Assembly (NCBI GenBank): GCA_030390025.1
Contig: JASTWF010000324.1
Span: forward strand, 372,001 to 436,000
Origin: Squalus acanthias
Taxonomy: Eukaryota
Reading direction: 5' to 3'
Length of the DNA: 64,000 bases
Shown here: piece by piece, positions 13,220-22,147 of the stretch
How positions within the stretch are numbered: the first letter of the stretch is position 1
Layout: each line of letters starts with the position of its first letter
Notes under the pieces: generated by a model
The model's input: the letters and a program-made list of their open reading frames with translations, nothing else
What the model was told of the DNA's origin: nothing
Databases searched by the model: none
Position numbers and translations under genes: made by a program

Positions 13220-15772
13220 ATAATGGGAAACAAGGAAATGGCAGAGGCATTGAACAAATATTTTGAATCTGCCTTCACAGTAGAAGCCACTAAAAACATC
13301 TCAGTAATAATAGAAAATCAAGGGGCAAAAGGGAGGGAGGAACTTAAAACAATCACTATCACGAGAGAAAAAGTGCTTGGCAAACTTATGGGTCTAAAGG
13401 CTGACAAGTCCCCTGGACCTGATGGCCTGCATCCTAGGATCTTAAAAGAAGTGGCTACAGAGATAGTGGATGCATTGGTTGTAATCTTCCAAAATTCCCT
13501 TGACTCTGGAAAAGTCTCAGCGGATTGGAAAACCGCAAATGTAACGCCCTTATTCAAAAAAGGAGGGAGACAAAAAGCAGGAAACTATAGGTCAGTTAGC
13601 CTAATATCTGTCACTGGGAAAATGCTCGAATCCATTATTAAGGAAGTAGTAGCAGGACATTTAGAGAATCATAATACAATCAAGCAGAGTCAACATAGTT
13701 TTATGAAAGGGAAATCGTGTTTGACAAATTTATTAGGGTTCTTTGAGGAGGTAACGAGCAGGGTGGATCAAGGGGAACCAGTTGATGTAGTGTATTTGGA
13801 TTTCCAAAAGGCATTCGACTAACAGAAAACAGAGAGTCGGGATAAATGGGTATTTTTCAGGATGGCAACCTGTAACTAGTGGGGTGCCACAGGGATCAGT
13901 GCTGGGGCCTCAACTATTTACAATCTATATTAATGACTTGGATGAAGGAAGCGAGTGTACTGTAGCCAAATTTGCTGATGATATCAAGATAGGTGGGAAA
14001 GCAAGTTGTGAGGAGGACATTAAGGGGGAAAAATTCGGTATCGCCCCGTTTGGGGCGCAATTATAGGCCGGGCGCAAAGTTTAGCGCCCAGTGCTAATTA
14101 TCACCTCCGACTGCAAACTTGGCTTCTATCGCCCCTGGAGGTGATTGGAGAGCTAAATCAGGCGCTACACACCTCTGTTAAGGCGCTAACGCCGAGGAGC
14201 GAGGCGCTACCTCAGAGCGCTGGCGAAGCTCATGTGATGTCAGTCAGCAATGGAACACAGACACACTGGCGCCGGCCAGTTCTTAAAGGGGAGGGTCAAT
14301 CTTGCTCTCCATCCACACCCTGCTCATTGCAGCCTTGAATCTCGGCCTGGAGAGACCTGTACATCAATTCTGCTGGAAAGAACAATGGAGAGGCCCAGGG
14401 AAAGAGCTCAGAGTGCAGCCCCCACAGTCTCTTCTAAATCAATACAAGGAAGGGCAAATCAAAATGAACCTGCAAAGTGCTGCTCAGTACCCAAAACTCC
14501 TTCACACAGCGTTGAATCTCTCCAGAAGTCTCTCTCTCTCTCAGAATGCGTGGTGCAAAAATGTCGCCGACAAAAAAAAGGCAGGAAGCGGCTTTAAATA
14601 GCGCTCCCCTAGTCCCTTCCTGACTGCAAAACGCTCCCCTTAACCTGTCGTTGCTAGCGGCAGGCGGTAAGGCAGGGGGCGCCACTCAATATCTGGTCCG
14701 GGGCGCTACCGGGGCGTTGCGCACTCGACTGACGTGACGATCTGCGGGCGCAGGAGATCGTGGCGGTAGTGTTTAGTGCCGCCGCAAAATATCTGGTCAA
14801 TTTCGCGAGTGGCGCAAACATCGCCGCGCACGAGCGCTAGTTGCTTTGGGAGGCGCATAGCAACCGAATTTTCCCCCCAAAGAGTCTGCAAAGGGATAGA
14901 GACAGGTTAAGTGAGTGGGCAATAAGGTGGCAGATGGAGTATAATGTGGGAAAATGTGAGGTTATCCACTTTGGCAGAAAGAATAGAAAAGCAAAATATT
15001 ATTTAAATGGAGAGGGACTACAGAATGCTGAGGTACAGAGGAATCTGGGGGTCCTCGTACATGAAACACAAAAAGTTAGCACACAGGAACAGCAAGTAAT
15101 TAGGAAGGCAAATGGAATGTTGGCCTTTATTTCAAGGGGGATGGAGTATAAGAGTAAGGAAGTCTTGCTACAACTGTACAGGGTGTTGGTGAGACCACAC
15201 CTAGAGTACTGCGTACAGTTTTGGTCTCCTCATTTAAGGAGGGATATACTTGCATTGGAGGCAGTTCAGAGAAGGTTCACTAGGTTGATTCCTGGGATGA
15301 AGGGCTTGTCTTACGGGGAAAGGTTGAGCAGGTTGGGTCTACACTCATTGGAATTTAGAAGAATGAGAGGTGATCTTATTGAAACATATAAGATTCTGAG
15401 AGGGCTTGACAAGGTAGATGCAGAGAGGGTGTTTCCCCTCGTGGGGGAGTCGAGAACTAGAGGGCACAATTTCAGAATAAGGGGTCACCCATTTAAGACA
15501 GAGATGAGGAGGAATTTCTTCTCTCAGAGGGTCGTGAATCTTTGGAATTCTCTACCCCAGAGAGCTGTGGAGGCTGAGTCATTGAATATATTCAAGGCTG
15601 AGATAGACAGATTTTTGAACTACAGGGGAGTTGAGGGTTATGGGGAGCGGGCAGGAAAGTGGAGTTGAGGCCAAGATCAGATCAGCCATGATCTTATTGA
15701 ATGGCGGAGCAGGCTCGAGGGGCCAAATGGCCTACTCCTGCTCCTATTTCTTATGTTCTTATGTTCTTATGT
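13220..15772 (+). mobile_element. 5'-truncated CR1 LINE (RT domain and 3' UTR) with an internal deletion near 13818, interrupted by a MITE at 14024-14877
   Basis: 'KSPGPDGLHPRILKE...YLDFQKAFD', '[20 protein letters not shown]...FADD' and 'SLQRDRDRLSEWA...WNSLP'. Ends in a (ttcttatg)n tail at ~15748-15772. Confidence 0.93.
14024..14877. mobile_element. Non-autonomous DNA transposon (MITE), probably PIF/Harbinger-type
   Basis: Terminal inverted repeats GGGGGAAAAATTCGGT ... ACCGAATTTTCCCCC, with GC-rich subterminal arms. It splits the CR1 RT between 'CEEDIK' and 'SLQRD'. Confidence 0.75.
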
Positions 15773-16028
15773 AACCTGTCTCGCACTTCTCTCTTTTTCT
15801 CTGCTCCTCTCATCTGTCCCTCGCTCGTCCTTTGACGAACCCTCTTGCTGTCACTCCCTCTCTCACTCCCAATCTCCTATTTACTATATCCCTCCTTCTC
15901 TCTGCCTCTGTATCAATTCTGCTCCTTTATACCCCTTCTCTATTGGTCACCTTTTCGGTTTCTCTCTGTTTTCACACTCCCTCTCTCTCTCACACATTGT
16001 CTCTCTCTCTCTGATAGTTGCTCTCTCT

Positions 16029-17003
16029 ATACACTGTCCCATCAAACACTCCCAGGGCAGGTACAGCACGGATTAGATACAGAGTAAAGCTCCCTCTACA
16101 CTGTCCCATCAAACACTCCCAGGGCAGGTACAGCACGGGTTAGATACAGAGTAAAGCTCCCTCTGCACTGTCCCATCAAACACTCCCAGGGCAGGTACAG
16201 CACGAGTTATATACAGAGTAAAGCTCAATCTACACTGTCCCATCAAACACTCCCAGGGCAGAACAGCACGGGTTAGATATAGAGTAAAGCTCCCTCTACA
16301 CTGTCCCATCAAATACTCCCAGGGCAGGTACAGCACGAGTTAGATACAGAGTAAAGCTCAATCTACACTGTCCCATCAAACACTCCCAGGGCAGGTACAG
16401 CACGGGTTAGATACAGAGTAAAGCTCCCTCAACATTGTCCCATCAAACACTCCCAGGGCAGGTACAGCACGGATTAGATACAGAGTAAAGCTCCCTCTAC
16501 ACTGTCCCATCAAATACTCCCAAGGCAGGTACAGCACGGGTTAGATACAGAGTAAATCTCCCTCTACACTGTCCCATCAAACACTCCCAGGGCAGGTACA
16601 GCATGGGTTAGATACAGAGTAAAGCTCCCTCTACACTGTCCCATCAAACACTCCCAGGGCAGGTACAGCACGGATCAGATACAGAGAAAAGCTCCCTCTA
16701 CACTGTCCCATCAAACACTCCCAGGGCAGGTACAGCACGGGTTAGATACAGAGTAAAGCTCCCTCTACACTGTCCCATCAAACACTCCCAGGGCAGGTAC
16801 AGCACGGATTAGTTACAGAGTAAAACTCCCTCTACACTGTCCCATCAAACACTCCCAGGGCAGGTACAGCACGGATTAGTTACAGAGTAAAGCTCCCTCT
16901 ACATTGGCCCATCAAACACTCGCAGGGCGGTACAGCACGGATTAGATACAGAATAAAGCTCCCTCTACACTGTCCCATCAAACACTCCCAGGGCAGGTAC
17001 AGC
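16029..17003 (+). repeat. 67-bp satellite array (~14 units), left flank of the LTR element
   Basis: Same unit as 1014-3811. Ends abruptly at ...ggtacagc|TGTAG. Confidence 0.97.
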
Positions 17004-17575
17004 TGTAGAATTCGCAAAATTATCGCGATTTTATAATAATGAGAAGGAGACAAAAAGTTTCGTACAAACAGCTTTATTTCAGCAGAATGCTGTCAGGTTT
17101 CAAAACGGACACAAACAGCCTGTAAAATGGCCGCCACGCCTCGTGGCAGAATGTTCTAGACTTTCAGTAGGCAGACAAGATGGCGTTTCAATAAACATTT
17201 CAGCAAGATCGGACAGGACTCAGCACATTTGAGATAATGACAAGACGCGATGGGTTTGCATTTCAAACATAAATACTGGAATCGGTTTTCCAGGTACAAA
17301 CGAGGGCTATTGTACTGAGCGATCAAGGACCCATCCAAAGACATTGATATGCAAATTCCCCACGGCTCTACGATGAGAGAGCCGTTCGCGGGTACTCACA
17401 GCAAGCATTTGGAAGCCCCAAAACCCCTCCAGGGAGACTACTAACCGGTTCCACAATGGGAGAAATATTAACGGGTACTCAGACAGTTACAAGTATCACC
17501 GTAACCCATTAAAGACTGAGATCACCCCATACAAGAAGTTTTGAGCGCCAAAACATGACAAAAGATAGACATTAA

Positions 17576-17612
17576 GATTGGGCGGGAAAATAGGAATTAC
17601 AGCACTATAACT
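17576..17612 (+). promoter_or_regulatory. Putative LTR Pol II promoter (ATTGG/GC box and TATA-like element)
   Basis: gattgggcggg lies ~30 bp upstream of ctataa, which is followed ~25 bp later by a pyrimidine-rich start region. Confidence 0.5.
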
Positions 17613-18411
17613 GTAAAGTACAACCGCCCATCTCTCTCTTGCTGCTTTGACTCGCTGGAAGGCTGCTGAACTGCCTGACGACTCTGGACTCTGATCCGCC
17701 AGGATCAACCTCGTGGCTTGCCGCGAAGATCTGTGGAGAACTGGGCTGCGAAGACCTGGAAGTGGGCGCACCATCCCGAGAAGTCGGTAAACGGTGTTGG
17801 AACCGAAGGCCCGAGAGGAGATGAGATGAGATGAGATGAGAAGAGAAGAAGACGACAATACGTATCGCCACGGTCAGTAAACCCCGACTGCGCCTCTAAA
17901 TATAAGGACCATTTCTTCGAATTCTATCGGCTACTCCACAACTGGTGTTGGTCCGAAAAGACTCTTCTTTGAATTTTACCGGCTAACGGGTGCCGGGCAT
18001 AGGAAGACTCTTCTTTGAGTTTTGTCAGAGTTCCGAGGACAACACAGATCTTCATGACAGCAGACGGTCCAGCCTGCTAGCCGGAGCAGAAGCGAGCAAA
18101 CAAGTGGGGTACAGAGACCCCTGATCAACACGTGGATAGTCAGGTGCTGCGGTAAAAACATCCGAGCAGAGTTTCGGAATTCTCCGAGTTATCACGAGTG
18201 GTGAGCATGAGTCTCGATCCTACAAATCTAGATTAGGACAGGTATTGATAGGGGAGGGTTTAAGTTTTAAGGATAATTATAATGTGTGTCCCCTTTTACG
18301 ATGTGTCGTGCGCTCCTCGTTTCCCTAAACCTAGTTGCATAAATGTATGTAAGTTTGTACTGTCATTAATCTGTGCTTATGACATGTATTTCGTAGTCTT
18401 GAATAATATGC

Positions 18412-18417
18412 AATAAA
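18412..18417 (+). terminator. Putative LTR polyadenylation signal
   Basis: AATAAA preceded by a T/GT-rich region and followed by T-rich sequence, inside the LTR. Confidence 0.5.
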
Positions 18418-18573
18418 GATTTTCCATTTCGCACTATTCAACCGGGTCTACCTGAGTTTTCTCTGCATTATTGCTCTCGCACCTAAGTCCAGTGTCAGAA
18501 CCGTAAGGGCAAGTGGGTCGAACCACTCACAGGTGTCTAGTGTTACCAGGCTGGCTGGAGACCAGAACAGGCA

Positions 18574-18905
18574 AACATAGAAACATAGAATCTAGGAACA
18601 GGAGTAGGCCATTCGGCCCGTCGAGCCTGCTCCGCCATTCAATACGATCATGGCTGATCATCCAAATCCAGTACCCTGTCCCTGCTTTAATCCCCACAGT
18701 ACACATATCCCACCCTACCCCCGTAACCCCACGTATTTAATTCCCCCTAACATATCCCCTCCTATCCCCACATATTTAATCCCCCCTAACACGAAGGGTC
18801 AATTTATCATAGCCAAATCAACCTAACCCACACATTTTTGGACTGTGGGAGGAAACCGGAGCACCCGGAGGAAACCCACGCAGACACGGGGAGAATGTGC
18901 AAACA
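18574..18905 (-). mobile_element. HE1-like (V-SINE core and CR1-type tail) SINE fragment inside the LTR
   Basis: 'ggaggaaaccggagcacccggaggaaacccacgcagacacggggagaatgtgcaaac' is the reverse V-SINE core. 'aacatagaaacatagaa...aggccattcggccc...gctccgccattcaat' is the reverse CR1 3' tail (compare 15690-15770). Confidence 0.75.
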
Positions 18906-18967
18906 AGGCCTAACCCCGCACTAGCACCCAGGCTAAGCACAGAGCCACCCGAAACCCCTTACAGATA

Positions 18968-20767
18968 ATGGCGACCACGAAGGGACACTGGCAGCGAGAA
19001 AATAATGTGTTAGACCCTGGTATGAATGTGCAAAATGTTATGGAAGAGAGAATAGCCGATTATGTTTTTGGAAAAGTGAATTTGACTAAGAGATGGATAA
19101 GTGACCTGCTGGTGGATAAGCGTCCACTAGAGGCAGCCGTGAGGTGGACAGGCAGCAAGGAACATAAAAAATCTGTAGAGAAAGCGGTCTGGCTGATGTG
19201 TTATAAAAGGCAAGTCCAGCTTTCGGACCAGGTCATCATAGCGCAGGCAGCTCAGATCAAGGGTTTAGAGGTGGAAATGGACGAGAAGGTCGCAGGGGGG
19301 CAGCAGCTCATCGCGTCTTTAAATGCGTTGCATCAAGAACGCCAGTTAGTCGCCAACCACCATAAGGCGAAAATAGATTACCTCGAGTGCCAGGTCACTG
19401 AGGCAAAATTAAATGAGGGCAGAATAAGGGAGCGATGTGCCCGCCTAGCTGCTCAAATAAAAGCCCAGGAAGAGAGCTTAAAGGGGGTTAGGGCGGCATA
19501 TAAGATGGCCCTCGAGGATAAACATGAGGGGGCCGATCACAGCGTCTGCCAAAGAGAGATAGGGAACCTTAAAGAGGCCCTGAACAAAGCGCACGGCATG
19601 GTGTGCCTTATCAGCCCGTCAGCACACCAGCCGCCGGTGGGTGGGGAATTTCAGAAATCCCCACCGAACAAAGCAGAGGAGGTATTTGCCACTGTGCCCT
19701 CCGCGCCACCCAGCTATTCGGCAACCTGGGTAAGGGAGGAAGTGGTAGAAGTAGAGGAAGAGGTCCCCGAGGTAGGACAGCCCCCTAAAGTAGTAGTGAA
19801 GCCGGGAGCGTTGTGCCCACTTACGGGTATCAAGAGGGGCCCGGAGGGAGACAATGGGGAAGAGGGGAATCTCCTCAACCAGCTTGTGTTGCCTCACAGC
19901 GCACACCAGCTGAGGGCTATGATTAGCCACGTACGGAAGCTGTCCGAGTCAGACGACCCTTCCGTACATTTCAGGGAGGTAGAGCAGACCGCGGCCATTA
20001 ACGGCTGCGACGATGGGGAAAGGGCAAAAATGCTGCTGTTCTCTTTAGACAGCTCGATCCTCCAGTGTCTCTCAGACGTGAGCAAAAGGGGTAATAGGAC
20101 CTATGAGGAGTTAAGAGATGAGGTCCTGGAAGTGTTGGGGGCGGACGACGAAGGTCCGTTTGTGAGATTGGGACAGACTATGCAGATGGAGGGAGAACCC
20201 CAGAAGGTTTTCGCCGACAGGCTGTGGCCTGTCTATCAGCGTAGTTGCCCAGGCGCGCCCGAGCGCGTTGATTTAGACGCCGTTGGTTTAGCTCACTGGC
20301 TCAGATGTATAGTAGCCAACAGCTTACCAGCCGTGAGGGAGCAGGCCAAAGCGTGGTTTGATCCCATTAACCCCGCCACAACAGAGGAGTCGGTCCTAAA
20401 TCGACTCACGGTAGGGTACCGTAATACCAGGAGTACGGGGGCACGTCCCCTTAAGGGTAAGGTGCATGAGGCGCGGCCCACAGCCCCGGCTCAAAAGGAG
20501 CGGCATCAGGAGGGAAATCGCGTCCCACAAGCCAGTAATGCTTGTTTCGGATGCGGAAAAACAGGGCACTGGCGCAAGAACTGCAGGAATCCTTGGAAGG
20601 AGTCCAGGGATAAAAATCCCGCAGTCCGAGCCCAGGCGCCTGTCTCCGATAGGGGAGCTGGTGCACCTATCCATCCCGATGCGATCGAATCAATGTTAGG
20701 AGCCATGCGGTCTCTCATGATTTTGCACGGGAAGGTAGCAACAGCCCCATGCAACCCGGACTTCTGA
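18968..20767 (+). CDS. gag: Gag polyprotein (599 aa)
   Basis: Uninterrupted ORF. N-terminal coiled coil, PSAPPSY late domain (19697-19717), capsid-like 'HFREVEQTAAINGCDDGERAKMLLFSL', and CX2CX4HX4C knuckle CFGCGKTGHWRKNC (20543-20584). Confidence 0.9.
   Translation: MATTKGHWQRENNVLDPGMNVQNVMEERIADYVFGKVNLTKRWISDLLVDKRPLEAAVRWTGSKEHKKSVEKAVWLMCYKRQVQLSDQVIIAQAAQIKGLEVEMDEKVAGGQQLIASLNALHQERQLVANHHKAKIDYLECQVTEAKLNEGRIRERCARLAAQIKAQEESLKGVRAAYKMALEDKHEGADHSVCQREIGNLKEALNKAHGMVCLISPSAHQPPVGGEFQKSPPNKAEEVFATVPSAPPSYSATWVREEVVEVEEEVPEVGQPPKVVVKPGALCPLTGIKRGPEGDNGEEGNLLNQLVLPHSAHQLRAMISHVRKLSESDDPSVHFREVEQTAAINGCDDGERAKMLLFSLDSSILQCLSDVSKRGNRTYEELRDEVLEVLGADDEGPFVRLGQTMQMEGEPQKVFADRLWPVYQRSCPGAPERVDLDAVGLAHWLRCIVANSLPAVREQAKAWFDPINPATTEESVLNRLTVGYRNTRSTGARPLKGKVHEARPTAPAQKERHQEGNRVPQASNACFGCGKTGHWRKNCRNPWKESRDKNPAVRAQAPVSDRGAGAPIHPDAIESMLGAMRSLMILHGKVATAPCNPDF
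18969..18986 (+). promoter_or_regulatory. Primer-binding site, tRNA-Arg(UCG)-type
   Basis: TGGCGACCACGAAGGGAC is the reverse complement of GTCCCTTCGTGGTCGCCA, which I recall as the 3' end of vertebrate tRNA-Arg(TCG) plus CCA. It lies directly after the LTR end. Confidence 0.85.
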
Positions 20768-21871
20768 CTGGAACCGGCACAGCCCGCCTACCTGTGTCCC
20801 CTAGAAAGACGCGCACAGGAGGGGGTCTCCTGTAAGGAGGCCAGGTTGAAAGAGCAGGCCTTGCAGGAGGAGAACGCCCGCTTAATAGGGAAAGTAGACG
20901 AGCTGGAAGGGCAGCTTAGAGAGCAGGCCCTGCGGGAGGAGAACGCCCACTTAATGGGGAAAGTAGATGGGCTAGAAGGGCAGCTTAGAGAGATAAAAGC
21001 AGCCTACAGGGTAGCCAGAAGCAGGGATTTAAATCAGTGCAAACTGTATAAGCCGGGTGCGCAAGGGCCAACCACAGGGGCCAAACCTGCGAGTGGGGAC
21101 TCGCAGCCCCGGGTAGGGCCACAGGACACACAGGCAGGCAAAGCAGCTTGCATCAGGGGAGAGGACATCCTGGCGAAATGCAGGATCCTTTATTGGGGTT
21201 GGGAGTCAGATGAGGAAGAGTTCGAGGAGCTCGACCAAGATAGTGACACAAGCGAAGAGGAGCTGGAATCGGAGGACGAAAGGGTCGCCCCCGATTCAGG
21301 TATAGGGTAGATAGGGACTGCAGATGGAGATCCACACAGGGTGGAGACAGAAGCTGCAGGTCCCGAGATCAGGGGGGCGGAGCTAGGGGAGGCGGGGCCA
21401 GCGGCTGTGGTGGGACCACAGGACGTGGCAATGGAAGCCTCAGAACCCAGTCCGTCCGCCTTGGAAGTCTTGCCCTCGAGGGAGGTAGGGATTGCGAGTG
21501 AAGGGCCGCCGACTGGGCCAAGTAGGGCGGTGCCAAAGGCTGCAGATCCCGAGTTCAGGGAGGCGGAGTCAGGGGAGGCGGAGCCAGCGACTGTGGTGGG
21601 ACCACAGGTCGCCACGGTGGAAGTCTCGAAACCCGGTCTGTCGGTCCTGGAGTTCCTGCCCCCGGTAGTTCCCCGTAGGTCAAGTCGGACACCCCAGCCT
21701 AGGAAGATGTGGGTAAGCCCCCAGAGTGTCCCAAGGCGTAGGTTCAAGGCTAAGGCAGCCCAGGGAGATCCCAGTCCCAGCGCAGCAGCGACAAGCTGCG
21801 GCAGATCAAAGGAAGGGGTCAGTGCCCCCCCACCGTTGGGAAAAGCTTGTGGCCGCCTTCACAGAATTTGA
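20768..21871 (+). CDS. ORF X: in-frame continuation of gag (coiled-coil repeat, acidic tract, 62-aa repeat, Arg/Pro-rich tail), with one internal TAG at 21308-21310
   Basis: Track ORFs 20846..21310 and 21341..21871 are both in the gag frame. The linkers 20768-20845 and 21311-21340 contain no stops. Confidence 0.6.
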
Positions 21872-22147
21872 GTAGGCCGCCCTGGGAACGGGCGGCGCTG
21901 TACAGTTATAAGATAAGTGATAAGTTTTATAGTTTATAAGTTTTAAGTTTGAAGTTTGATAGTTAAAATTTTAATAAGGAAAATGGTAAAATGATGGGAG
22001 TTAGAGATAGGAATAGTTAAAGTCTATCCAGTGCACATGTCTTCTTACGTGAGGCGAGGTCAGGGGACCCGCTCACCCTTCACAAAAGCCAGAGACTCTT
22101 GGGAGGCTGGCTACCTCATTCTATCTGATCACAGGAACCAAGGAAGG

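Larger units (their letters stand above)
17004..18963 (+). repeat. 5' LTR (~1960 bp)
   Basis: Starts TGTAG at the satellite junction and ends CTTACA 5 nt before the PBS. Contains a reverse CCAAT plus GC box (gattgggcggg ~17576), TATA-like ctataa (~17605) and AATAAA (18412-18417). No second LTR is present to confirm the boundaries. Confidence 0.75.

Noticed and set aside
21190..21747. 185-aa antisense ORF over ORF X
   Set aside because: GC-rich, repeat-containing sequence opposite an open frame, with a non-ATG start and no motif. No independent support.
22031..22147. Track start of env at 22031
   Set aside because: The signal peptide begins at ATG 22148, just after an acceptor-like AG, so the upstream 39 codons are probably not translated.
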